Assembly (NCBI RefSeq): GCF_000010625.1
Contig: NC_010296.1
Span: 1,350,001-1,382,000 of the forward strand
DNA: 32,000 bases
Direction: 5' to 3'
Source of the DNA: Microcystis aeruginosa NIES-843
GTDB lineage: Bacteria > Cyanobacteriota > Cyanobacteriia > Cyanobacteriales > Microcystaceae
Under the pieces are notes generated by a model. That model did no database searches. It was not told the origin of the DNA and was given only the letters and a program-made list of their open reading frames with translations. A program made the position numbers and the translations under genes. Every line of letters starts with the position of its first letter. The first letter of the stretch is position 1. Below are positions 17,369-26,538 of this stretch, one piece after another.

Positions 17369-18151
17369 ATGCAGTTAACTTGGCTTGATAGTAATTCTTG
17401 GTTAATCGAAATCGGGGGAAAACGCCTGCTTCTCGATCCTTGGTTGGTAGGTTCCCTGACTTTTGGTAATTTAACTTGGCTATTTGAGGGCAAAAAAACC
17501 GCTAATCATGCCATTCCCCAAAATATCGATCTGATTCTTCTCTCCCAAGGTTTGGAAGATCACGCTCATCCTCCCACTTTACAGGTACTCGATCGCCAAA
17601 TTCCCGTGGTAGCTTCTCCTAATGCCGAAAAAGTGGTTCGAGCGCTCAATTATACCCATCGCATCCCTTTAAACCACGGCTCTAGTTATATCTTTGACAA
17701 TGCGATCGAAATTACTGCTGTCCCCGGTTCTCCAGTCGGGCCGACTCTGGTGGAAAATGGTTATGTTATCAAGGAATTAGCGACAAATCAGAGTATCTAC
17801 TACGAACCCCACGGTTATCATTCTCCTAGCCTCGATTCTCTTGGTAAAATCTCCGTGATTATTACCCCTTTGATTGACTTAAAAATACCTTTCCTCGGAC
17901 CGGTAATCAAAGGACAAGAAAGCGCCTTAGCAGTCTGTCAACGCTTGCAGCCTCAATATATTATTTCTACGGCTGCCGGTGGTGATATCGAGTTTAAAGG
18001 TTTATTGATGGCGGTGTTAAGTGCCGAGGGTAGTCCCGAATCTTTTCAAGAATTATTAACATCCCATGCTTTGCCGACAAAAGTAATTGATCCTCGTCCT
18101 TGGCAACCTTTTACGGTGGAATTAGGCGAGTGCGTCCCTGGTTTGAGCTAA
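17369..18151 (+). CDS. MBL-fold metallo-hydrolase-like protein
   Basis: 260 aa. N-terminal beta-lactamase-fold signature (LTWLDSNSWLIEIGGKRLLLDPW ... LSQGLEDHAHP). Confidence 0.6.
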   Translation: MQLTWLDSNSWLIEIGGKRLLLDPWLVGSLTFGNLTWLFEGKKTANHAIPQNIDLILLSQGLEDHAHPPTLQVLDRQIPVVASPNAEKVVRALNYTHRIPLNHGSSYIFDNAIEITAVPGSPVGPTLVENGYVIKELATNQSIYYEPHGYHSPSLDSLGKISVIITPLIDLKIPFLGPVIKGQESALAVCQRLQPQYIISTAAGGDIEFKGLLMAVLSAEGSPESFQELLTSHALPTKVIDPRPWQPFTVELGECVPGLS

Positions 18152-18292
18152 TCTGAGTTAAGGGAAGAATAGAAAAAAGTTAAAATTTTCTTCCCGATTT
18201 TTATCTAAAAAAGTAGAATTTTTGTTATATCTTTGCTGGCTACAGATAACATTAATTGTTTGAAAAAACTGGCTCTCTTGAATATTGGATGT

Positions 18293-18362
18293 AAAATGGG
18301 TAAAACCCCACACCCCACACCCCACACCCTGCCCCCAGGAAAAACTTTTTCAGCAAACCCTA
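18293..18362. mobile_element. right-end fragment of the same MITE family (about 68 bp plus TA)
   Basis: aaaatgggtaaaacc-(CACCCCA)n-ctgccccc..ttcagcaaaccc-TA matches the right third of copies 1 and 2. It ends 32 bp before the methyltransferase ATG. Confidence 0.75.
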
Positions 18363-18394
18363 ATTAAAAGTGGCTCTTCTCTGCTAAATTTTCT

Positions 18395-19348
18395 ATGAAT
18401 CAGTTGCCCTTATTTTCTCAATCAAAATCAGTGCGAGACTTTTATCAACCTGATGCCGAAATAATTCTTTATCAAGGAGATAGCAATAATTTTATCAAGA
18501 CTATACCAGATAATTCTGTGAGCTTGATTATTACTTCTCCTCCCTACAATTTAGGAAAAGACTACGAAAAAAAAATCTCTTTGGATACTTATCTGGAAAC
18601 CCAAACCAAAATTATGCGAGAATTCTCTAGAATCTTGCAAGATAATGGCAGTATTTGCTGGCAGGTGGGAAATTTCGTTCAAGAGGGAGAAGTTTATCCT
18701 TTAGATATTTTTTATTATCAGCTATTTAAACAAATGGGTTTCTTTTTAAGAAATAGAATTGTCTGGCATTTTGGTCATGGATTACATACTTCTAAAAGAT
18801 TTTCTGGCAGATATGAAACTATTTTATGGTTGACAAAAACCGATAAATATATCTTTAATCTTGATCCGGTGAGAATCCCCGCTAAATACCCTGGTAAGCG
18901 CCATTTTAAAGGTAAAAATATCGGTAAACCCTCTGGTAATCCTTTAGGGAAAAATCCCAGCGATGTTTGGGAGTTTTTAGCACAAGAATGGGATGAGTTA
19001 CTATGGGATATTCCTAACGTTAAATCTAATCATCCAGAGAAAACTATCCATCCTTGTCAATATCCGATCGAATTAGTAGAAAGATGTGTTTTAGCCTTGA
19101 CAAATGAGGGGGATTGGGTTTTCGATCCTTTTGCTGGGGTTGGAACTTCTCTGATTGCTAGTATTATGCACAATCGTCGAGTGATGGGGAGTGAAAAAGA
19201 AGCAGAATATGTGAAAATTGCCCAAGAAAGAATCGCCGCTTATTTGCAAGGAAATCTCAAAATTCGTCCTTTAGGAAAACCTATTCATCAGCCCACTGGC
19301 CAAGAAAAAGTCGCTCAAATTCCCGAAGAATGGCACAATAATATATAG
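18395..19348 (+). CDS. site-specific DNA methyltransferase, beta-class (motif IV SPPY before motif I); probably N4-cytosine or N6-adenine. No cognate endonuclease is adjacent.
   Basis: IITSPPYNLGKDY (motif IV) and FDPFAGVGTSLIAS (motif I) in the permuted beta order. Confidence 0.85.
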   Translation: MNQLPLFSQSKSVRDFYQPDAEIILYQGDSNNFIKTIPDNSVSLIITSPPYNLGKDYEKKISLDTYLETQTKIMREFSRILQDNGSICWQVGNFVQEGEVYPLDIFYYQLFKQMGFFLRNRIVWHFGHGLHTSKRFSGRYETILWLTKTDKYIFNLDPVRIPAKYPGKRHFKGKNIGKPSGNPLGKNPSDVWEFLAQEWDELLWDIPNVKSNHPEKTIHPCQYPIELVERCVLALTNEGDWVFDPFAGVGTSLIASIMHNRRVMGSEKEAEYVKIAQERIAAYLQGNLKIRPLGKPIHQPTGQEKVAQIPEEWHNNI

Positions 19349-19467
19349 GAAGTAACACTCAATCTCCCCAGGAGAGTACAGGTTTTTGCTCTCATATCCT
19401 TGGGTTTTAATGCTTAGTGCCGTCTAACCCATCCTGCAATGATTGATAAGTTTTTTTGTCACCATTT

Positions 19468-20538
19468 TTAGAGAAAACTTTGCAGAATTGTGGCGGTTTC
19501 TTGACCGGTTTTTTCCCAACTAAAAAGCTCGGCGCGTTGGCGACTCAGGGATTTTAATTTAAGACGCAATTGGTTATTTTTAGCGATTTGCTGCATTGCC
19601 TCTCTCATCTCATCGATACTATAGGGATTAATTAAAATTGCCGCATCTCCTGTGACTTCCGGGAGAGAGGAAAGATTAGAAGTAATTACAGGAGTTCCAC
19701 AGGCGATCGCTTCTAGTACAGGTAATCCGAAACCTTCCCAAAGGGAGGGATAAACTAAAGCAGTTGCTTGGTTTAAAAGTTGCGGCAATTCTTCATAGGA
19801 AACATAGTTTAAAAATTGCACTCGTTGAGAGATTGATAATGCTTCTACCTGTTGCTGTAGAGCCGGCGTAAAACGGGGGTCAAATTGACCGACAATTAAT
19901 AATTGATATTCGGGATCGATTTGGGAAAAAGCAGTAATTAAACGACCGAGATTTTTATGAGGATCATAACGACCAAGATAGAGAAAATAGGGACGAGTCG
20001 CCAGATTTAGCGGACGAAAATTATCAGCATCATATCCAGAAAGAATCACGGTTATTTTGTCAAGAGGTATGTTAAAAAACTTATTAATATCGGCGGCCGT
20101 TGCGTGGGAAACAGCGATAATATGTGTGGCTTTTTTCAGGACTTGGGGTAAATAGTATTTATTATAAAAAGTTAGGGGAGAAAATTTCGGAAATCGCAGG
20201 GGAATTAAATCATGGACTGTGACAATATAGCGGCAATTTCCATAAATAGGTGCTTCGGGAATGGGGGTAAATAGCAGGGAAGACTGCAATTGTTGATAGG
20301 TTTGATAGAGTTGGGTTTCTGTCCAAATTAAGCGCTTAATATTGCCTTTGGTTCCCTGCTCTTGGGTGAGGTTTGCCGACACAGGATAGGTGTTAAAATC
20401 TGGGTAACTATTAGAAGTGATTAGGGTAGGATTTAAGTTAGCTAATTGGGGAATGAGATTTTTAGTATAGGTAGTCAACCCAGTATATTTAGTACCGAGA
20501 AAAGCGAGATTGATTAATAATTGATGATTCCTATTCAT
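19468..20538 (-). CDS. glycosyltransferase family 4 (GT-B)
   Basis: [38 protein letters not shown] motif (the E-x7-E region). Confidence 0.8.
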   Translation of the reverse strand: MNRNHQLLINLAFLGTKYTGLTTYTKNLIPQLANLNPTLITSNSYPDFNTYPVSANLTQEQGTKGNIKRLIWTETQLYQTYQQLQSSLLFTPIPEAPIYGNCRYIVTVHDLIPLRFPKFSPLTFYNKYYLPQVLKKATHIIAVSHATAADINKFFNIPLDKITVILSGYDADNFRPLNLATRPYFLYLGRYDPHKNLGRLITAFSQIDPEYQLLIVGQFDPRFTPALQQQVEALSISQRVQFLNYVSYEELPQLLNQATALVYPSLWEGFGLPVLEAIACGTPVITSNLSSLPEVTGDAAILINPYSIDEMREAMQQIAKNNQLRLKLKSLSRQRAELFSWEKTGQETATILQSFL

Positions 20539-20583
20539 AGATATTAGCTACTTAAGTAGGTAGGTGTTAAAAGTTGTCAGACA

Positions 20584-20690
20584 CCCCCCTTATCAAGGGG
20601 GGATTAAGGGGTGATCAGTACCCCCCTTATCAAGGGGGGATTAAGGGGTGATCAGTACCCCCCTTATCAAGGGGGGATTAAGGGGGGATC
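20584..20690. repeat. tandem 37-bp repeat x3 (third unit diverged at its end), each unit carrying a G/C hairpin
   Basis: Unit ccccccttatcaaggggggattaaggggtgatcagta at 20584, 20621 and 20658. Each unit has a CCCCCC/GGGGGG stem with a 7-nt loop. There are no spacers. Confidence 0.9.
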
Positions 20691-20721
20691 CATCTTCAAT
20701 TTAATTATAACTACTTACTTA

Positions 20722-21852
20722 TTATAAAAGAGAACGATAAGCTTTTATGGTAGCTTGTGCAGTTTTTTGCCAAGAGAACTTTGCCGCTTGTTTTTTTCCT
20801 TTAGTGATTAATTCTTGACGGAGAGAGGTATCACTAATCACCTGATAGATTGCCGCAGCAATTTCTAGGGGATTATCGGGATTAATTAATATTGCCGATT
20901 CTCCCGTGACTTCGGGTAAGGATGCAGTATTAGCAGTTACCACGGGACAACCTAAAGTCATCGCTTCTAAAACTGGTAATCCAAAACCTTCATAAAAGGA
21001 AGGATAGACAAAAACATCGGCTTTTTGATAATAATCCGCAACTAAGTCATCAGCAAGATAATCAAGATGTTGAATACTATCTCGAAAGGGAGACTGAGAT
21101 ATTTTCTCGAAAATTGGTTGATACTTCCATCCTTTTTTGCCAATCAGAATCAGATTATGGTCTAATTTATACCTGTCCTTAAGATAGTTAAAAGCATCGA
21201 TAAGATTAATAATATTTTTTCGTGGTTCTAGGGTACTAACAAAGAGTAAATAGGGTTTAGTGATGGTTAGAGATGAGGGATAATTGGGGAGAGAAGAATA
21301 ACGACTTGCGAGGGGAGTAACAAAAATTTTCTCTGGGGTTACATCTAAATATTCAATAATATCTCGTTTGGTACTTGCGGAGTTAGCAATAACTAAATCT
21401 GTCCATTGTAGAGATTGTTTAATGCGTTGGGTGTAGGTTTTGACAATCCCCGTGACAAACTCAGGATATTTAATAAAAGTAACATCATGAATAGTCATAA
21501 CTTTGCGACTCTGACGACAAGGATACACCACATGATCCAATCCGTGGAGAATATCGGGAGAATCAAGAAAGTTTTCTAGATAGGTAATTAGAGGATTAGG
21601 AAATCGGGTTAAGATATTGCTAAGACTGACGGGAATTGGTAAACATTTAACCTCTGGATAGGATTGCAGTTTTTCGGGGATAGAAAGATTACCCCGCAGC
21701 CAGTTTTTTACCGATGGTTGAAAACAGAGGGACAGGGAAAAGTTTTCTTGGTTTTGTAATTTAGCTAATTCGGCAATCAGGTGATAAGCATATAATCCAA
21801 TTCCACTAGGATTTTGTCTTATCGGTGTACCATCAACTAAAATTTTAAGCAT
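20722..21852 (-). CDS. glycosyltransferase family 4 (GT-B)
   Basis: [38 protein letters not shown] motif. 376 aa. Confidence 0.8.
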   Translation of the reverse strand: MLKILVDGTPIRQNPSGIGLYAYHLIAELAKLQNQENFSLSLCFQPSVKNWLRGNLSIPEKLQSYPEVKCLPIPVSLSNILTRFPNPLITYLENFLDSPDILHGLDHVVYPCRQSRKVMTIHDVTFIKYPEFVTGIVKTYTQRIKQSLQWTDLVIANSASTKRDIIEYLDVTPEKIFVTPLASRYSSLPNYPSSLTITKPYLLFVSTLEPRKNIINLIDAFNYLKDRYKLDHNLILIGKKGWKYQPIFEKISQSPFRDSIQHLDYLADDLVADYYQKADVFVYPSFYEGFGLPVLEAMTLGCPVVTANTASLPEVTGESAILINPDNPLEIAAAIYQVISDTSLRQELITKGKKQAAKFSWQKTAQATIKAYRSLL

Positions 21853-22147
21853 TTGCGGTTAGATGAGATTGACGGGATAGATATTTTTAAAATTACAGAT
21901 TCAATTGTCAATTTTGCTCGCTTAGGACAAGATTAAAATCGGCAATAAACTCCACCCTAATAGTTAATCTTACCCTATAGCGTCCCTAAATAGCAGCTTT
22001 TTTGGGCTAGGTTACAGGGAATACTTAATTTATCGGGCAATTTTTTCGATTATTGTCCCCTCACCTACCCTATTACTATGATTGTCAACGGGTACTTATC
22101 AGCTAAGACCTATTTTAATAGGCTATCCTTAGATTAGCTGCATCTCC

Positions 22148-22177
22148 TTGACGAGAAACACTGTAATTAGTTATAAT
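22148..22177 (+). promoter_or_regulatory. candidate near-consensus sigma70 promoter for the WD40 gene
   Basis: TTGACG (22148-22153), 18-nt spacer, TATAAT (22172-22177), about 125 nt upstream of the ATG at 22304. Confidence 0.35.
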
Positions 22178-22303
22178 CAGGGAACAATAGCTTCCCCGTA
22201 CTTGTGGTGAGCGGAAAAAGTTATCTCAGGGATGAAGTAGTCCCCTACAGAACCACTAACATCGGGTAATGCCGAAAAATACTGATTAACTAATGTTTTC
22301 ACT

Positions 22304-23242
22304 ATGTTTAATCGTTTAGTATCTTTTAAATCCTTAGAAGGCCATGAAGGTGAGGTTAAATGTCTAACTTTTTCCCAAGATGGTAAATTTTTGGCTAGTG
22401 GAGATAACGAGTTAACTGTTATTGTTTGGGATTGGCAAAAAAATCAAAAATTTAGTTTACAAGGACATGAAAAAGCCGGTTGGTGGGACAAGGGAGTTAA
22501 TTCTGTTGCTTTTAGTCCCTGTCAAGGATTTTTGGTTAGTGGAGGAGATGATCAAACCGTAAGAATTTGGTCACTGGAAACTAAAGAATTAATCTCTACC
22601 TTAACGGGACACCAAGACAAAGTTACAGCAGTAGCTGTTCATCCCGATGGGGAAATTATTGCTAGTGGCAGTGAAGATAAAACGGTGAAAATATGGTCAG
22701 TAAAAACTGGAGAAATTCTGGCCACATTACAAGGTCATAGCGATAAAGTCCTAACAGTTAAATTTAGTCAAAATGGTCAACTTTTAGCCAGTGGTGGCGG
22801 CGAAAATGACAAAACGGTAATCATTTGGAATCTGGGAGAAAAGAGCAGTATTACCTTAAAAGGTCATTCCGATTGGTTTGGAGGTATTTTATCGGTAGAT
22901 TTCGGCAGTAATAACAAATTTTTAGCCAGTGGCAGCAAAGACAAAACTATTAAAATCTGGGATATTAAAAGAGGTACAGAGGTAAAAACTCTCAGCGAAC
23001 ATAGTGATCATATCAATTCAGTTAGTGTTAGTACTAATAATCAACTATTAGCCAGTGGTAGTGATGATAAAAGCTTAAAATTATGGGATTTAAAAGCAGG
23101 AAAAGCGATTATTTCTATTCCCCATCCCCAGAAAATCTATTCGGTTTGTTTTAGTCCCGATGGTAATTATATCGCCACGGCCTGCCAAGACAAAATCGTG
23201 AGAGTTTATGGCACTTCCGAACTACAATCTTTAGCAAGTTGA
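22304..23242 (+). CDS. WD40-repeat protein (seven-bladed beta-propeller only, no other domain)
   Basis: Seven GH...(S/A)SG(S/G)xDxT(I/V)K(I/L)W(D/S) repeats across 312 aa. Confidence 0.88.
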   Translation: MFNRLVSFKSLEGHEGEVKCLTFSQDGKFLASGDNELTVIVWDWQKNQKFSLQGHEKAGWWDKGVNSVAFSPCQGFLVSGGDDQTVRIWSLETKELISTLTGHQDKVTAVAVHPDGEIIASGSEDKTVKIWSVKTGEILATLQGHSDKVLTVKFSQNGQLLASGGGENDKTVIIWNLGEKSSITLKGHSDWFGGILSVDFGSNNKFLASGSKDKTIKIWDIKRGTEVKTLSEHSDHINSVSVSTNNQLLASGSDDKSLKLWDLKAGKAIISIPHPQKIYSVCFSPDGNYIATACQDKIVRVYGTSELQSLAS

Positions 23243-23250
23243 GCAATCTT

Positions 23251-24607
23251 TGAGCGGGTGCATCTCATTTTTGTAAATCTACTAAGTTGGGATTTTTAAA
23301 GGGAAACTATCTGCCAAAATTGATCGTTACTTCCGATTTTATTACTCAATCCAAGCTTTTGGGGGGTTCTACCCCCCAAACCCCTAGGGCTGTTTCATTC
23401 TCCCATCAGAATATCAAAAGTAAAAGCGATCACTGTCTTTGTAAAATGAGGAGTGACCGGCAACTTTTCAAATATATGTTGAGCTTAATAGAAAAACTGA
23501 AACAAGTCAAGGACTTTCGGAAAGATAAAGGAAAAAGACACCCTTTATGGATAGTATTAGTAGTAATAATACTGGGAACAATGCTAGGATACTCAGGTTA
23601 TAGAGAGCTAGGAGAGTTTGCTAAAAATAATCGGCACAGGCTCAGTCAAGAATTTAACATAATTCCAGAAAAAGTCCCATCCTATTCAACAATTAGAAGG
23701 GTAATGATGGGAGTAGAATGGCAGATTTTGTTAAAAATGTTTAATGAATGGGCATTACAAGAATATGGACAAAGAGATGATATAAATTGGCTAGACATAG
23801 ATGGAAAAAGTCTCAAAAACACCCTAAAGAATCCTAACAATGAACAACAAAATTTTATCATGTTTATCTCATTGTTTAGTCAAGAAAGTGGCTTGGTATT
23901 ACACTTAAAAAGAATCGAAAACAAAAAAGGGTCTGAAATCGACGAAGGTCAAGCTATAATTGAAGATTGCACTCTCCAAAATAAAGTTTTTACTGGGGAT
24001 GCTTTACACTGCCAGAAAAAAACAATCAGCCTAATAACCAAGAGTAAAAATGATTATGTTATCACAGTTAAAGGAAATCAGAAAAATCTTTATAAGCGAA
24101 TACAAGACCTGAGTAGTTCCTCAAAGCCAGAAAGTTGTTTTCTTGAACAAGATAATAGTCATGGACGAAAAATATCAAGAAAAATAGAAGTTTTTAAAGT
24201 GAGGAAAAATGAAAGACAAGGGTTTGAAAATCTGCGCCGAATTATTAAAGTAGAAAGAAGGGGTAGTCGCGGGGATAAAACTTATGAAGAAACAGCTTAC
24301 TATATCAGTAGCCTAACCGAATCCGCCCAAGTATTTGCTAAAATTATTCGAGGACATTGGAAAATAGAAAATCAGTTACATTGGGTAAAAGATGTAATTT
24401 TTGAGGAAGATAAAAGCGAGATAAGTGATTTTCAAGCGGCCAGCAATTGGTCAATTCTCACAACTATAGGATTGAATCTTTTCAGAGGTTTGGGTTTTCT
24501 CTCAATAACAGAGGGACAGAGGTGGTTAGCTGAACGTTGGGAAAAACTGATAGTTTTATCGACGTAAGAAGCAGAAAAATTAGCTAAATTAACAGGATGT
24601 ACTCTCA
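23251..24607 (+). mobile_element. ISAs1-family insertion sequence (boundaries approximate)
   Basis: Single transposase ORF. Imperfect terminal IRs: tgagcgggtgcatc (23251-23264) against the reverse complement of gatgtactctca (24596-24607), with further tgtaaat/tgttaat similarity. It starts 9 bp after the WD40 stop. Confidence 0.5.
23476..24567 (+). CDS. ISAs1-family transposase (H-repeat-associated type)
   Basis: MLSLIEKLKQVKDFRKDKGKRHPLW N-terminus, DALHCQKKT, and HWKIENQLHWVKDVIFEEDKS, which are typical of ISAs1 DDE transposases. The start is placed at the ATG at 23476, with 23446 as an alternative; the TTG at 23287 in the track is rejected. Confidence 0.8.
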   Translation: MLSLIEKLKQVKDFRKDKGKRHPLWIVLVVIILGTMLGYSGYRELGEFAKNNRHRLSQEFNIIPEKVPSYSTIRRVMMGVEWQILLKMFNEWALQEYGQRDDINWLDIDGKSLKNTLKNPNNEQQNFIMFISLFSQESGLVLHLKRIENKKGSEIDEGQAIIEDCTLQNKVFTGDALHCQKKTISLITKSKNDYVITVKGNQKNLYKRIQDLSSSSKPESCFLEQDNSHGRKISRKIEVFKVRKNERQGFENLRRIIKVERRGSRGDKTYEETAYYISSLTESAQVFAKIIRGHWKIENQLHWVKDVIFEEDKSEISDFQAASNWSILTTIGLNLFRGLGFLSITEGQRWLAERWEKLIVLST

Positions 24608-24952
24608 GAAAATTTCAAGAGAGATAGGCTTTTAGTGGCTTGGGAACAAGCTTTATCAATTTATTCATAATCAATATTGGCAGAGGATTAAAGATTAGTT
24701 ATTGTCACTAACTCTTTTGATTAGAAAAAGATAAACTTGAGAATTTTCATTCAAATTTATTGACTCAAAATCAGCTGTACTTAATTTAAATGAATCAACC
24801 CTACCCAAACCCCCCGTCGGGGGACGAAGCGCCTCCCCCGAACCCCCTGCGCATGAGCTTTTCGGTGGGATGCTTACACGCAGCTGCTGATATATTTGTA
24901 ATAATTTAAGAGTCACTAATAATTGCTGATTGTCGATATTTCTGCAAATGTG

Positions 24953-25044
24953 ATACTAAATCCGGTTATTAAAAACTGATTATTTATTCCCCTTTGCATG
25001 AGTGCCTGTCCTGATATGTAGCCTGTACTCAACGGATTTAGTAT
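24953..25044. repeat. 12-bp perfect inverted repeat (atactaaatccg / cggatttagtat) enclosing 68 bp
   Basis: Direct reading. It lies 10 bp beyond the stop of the minus-strand NTPase gene. It could be a long terminator hairpin or a tiny MITE. Confidence 0.6.
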
Positions 25045-25053
25045 AATTATCCA

Positions 25054-26394
25054 CTAGAGATCGCTGCCAGTTTGTTCCTCTCGGAAGTAAAGCTGATATA
25101 ATTGACAGCTAGGCTGGGCTAGGTCGCCTTTTAACTGAATTAAACCCATACTTTCCAGTTTATAGGCAGTAATCGGTTCTAATCGCGCTCCCTTATCGGA
25201 AGAATTAACCACTTCCCCCATCCCTGTCAATAATTCCGGCTGTTTTTGCAGATTATCCCAGTGATGACGCAAGTGTGCCGCATAAATTCCCCCTTGGGTA
25301 GCAGCATTAGGGAGAATATTTTTTTCCCCACGCACCCGCGCTTCCAGGGCCAAACGGCTAAGATAGGGATGACCAGCGACTAGAGCAATTAAATCGCTGA
25401 TAAAACGCTGATTATCGTCATTTTTAGGCAATCCGTAGCTACTAGCCAAGTTTTCCAGTTGTTCGAGGCTAAAACCGGGTAATTTAATCGCACGGCCGAC
25501 ATTAAAGGGAGATTGATTAGCGTCCAATTGAATATAGATTTCCGTGGAATTAGCAATCGCTAACCGCAAATTCTGCCAGATTTCTAAATTATTAGCTTCT
25601 TCGTGCCAACAGCGCAAAAGCGGCAGAAAATCCCTAGCGATGTCGGGATACTCGAAAATTCTGTCTAAATTATCTAGGGCCAAAAAGAGCGGCCCGTTAA
25701 TCTGTTCCAAAAGATAGGACTGAAAATAGGTTTGACAACTGATTAAACTGCCAAATAGTTCCTCATCCCAATATTCATCTAATTGCGGCTTTAAACCCAA
25801 TTCTCGGCTAACATTTGCCGAAAACCAGCGACAAAATCGGTCTAAACTGGCAAACATCGCCTTTTCTGCCACTTGACAATTAATATAAACTGTGCTATGT
25901 CCCCAACTATCTGCCTGAGCGAGCAGATGTTTAAGCAGAGAAGTTTTACCGGTCTTTTCGGGGGATTTAATGCGAATGAGTGACCCCGGACGATTAATTT
26001 CTTGATAACAGTCGCTTTCGACGGGAGGGCGGCTAATATAACTATCTATAACCGATTTTTCTGCTAGTATCGGGGTGGGTTGATTTCTCCATTCAGGATA
26101 TTTGATATCTTTGAACCATTCTCGGAGGATTTGGAACTTACCCGGCCCTTTACTACCTAATTCTAGTTCCGGACAGCCATTATCTTTATCTGCCGAGAAA
26201 TAGCTATATATTTTAGTCATTTGTTTTTTATAGGTTTCATGGCTGGCGGCCTCGGCCATTTCCCAAATTTCCTCATCCGGTTTGCGCCAATTTTCGTAGG
26301 CAAAACGAACTAAAAAAATCTCCTTTAATTTACCCTGAACACCGTATTCTCTAGCTAGATGTTTAAGAAACTCGTCCCATCCCTGTGGTTTCAT
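25054..26394 (-). CDS. AAA-like (STAND-type) P-loop NTPase with an N-terminal helical adaptor domain of about 100 aa
   Basis: Walker A SPEKTGKTS (25939-25965) and Walker B LFLALDNLDRIF. NQSPFNVGRAIKLPGFS and GHPYLSRLAL motifs are typical of the cyanobacterial 'AAA-like domain' family. There is no C-terminal repeat domain. Confidence 0.75.
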   Translation of the reverse strand: MKPQGWDEFLKHLAREYGVQGKLKEIFLVRFAYENWRKPDEEIWEMAEAASHETYKKQMTKIYSYFSADKDNGCPELELGSKGPGKFQILREWFKDIKYPEWRNQPTPILAEKSVIDSYISRPPVESDCYQEINRPGSLIRIKSPEKTGKTSLLKHLLAQADSWGHSTVYINCQVAEKAMFASLDRFCRWFSANVSRELGLKPQLDEYWDEELFGSLISCQTYFQSYLLEQINGPLFLALDNLDRIFEYPDIARDFLPLLRCWHEEANNLEIWQNLRLAIANSTEIYIQLDANQSPFNVGRAIKLPGFSLEQLENLASSYGLPKNDDNQRFISDLIALVAGHPYLSRLALEARVRGEKNILPNAATQGGIYAAHLRHHWDNLQKQPELLTGMGEVVNSSDKGARLEPITAYKLESMGLIQLKGDLAQPSCQLYQLYFREEQTGSDL

Positions 26395-26538
26395 CCGGTT
26401 CTACTTTATTCTACTTATATTCCCCTTTTTTCCATGTTAACCCCTTTTTCCCTCTTGGCAATGGGACTGACATCCGAGCGGAAAAGCCCTATGGTAAAAA
26501 TAGGTCAATTACCTGATGGTGTCTAAGGGAGTAAAACC

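Noticed and set aside
20584-20690. Possible CRISPR array: 37-bp palindromic repeat, three copies.
   Set aside because: The units are directly adjacent with no spacers, only three copies are present, there are no cas genes nearby, and the array sits between two co-transcribed glycosyltransferase genes. It is treated as a hairpin tandem repeat.
23287-23475. N-terminal extension of the transposase ORF from the TTG at 23287.
   Set aside because: The extension covers the IS left-end hairpin and palindrome region. ISAs1 transposases begin at the MLSLIEKL..DFR/DPR motif, so the ATG at 23476 (or 23446) is preferred.
24695-24916. 73-aa minus-strand ORF between the IS and the NTPase gene.
   Set aside because: Its central part (SCAGGSGEALRPPTGGLG) is just the translation of the G5/C5 hairpin element. 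It has no RBS and AT-rich, low-complexity flanks.
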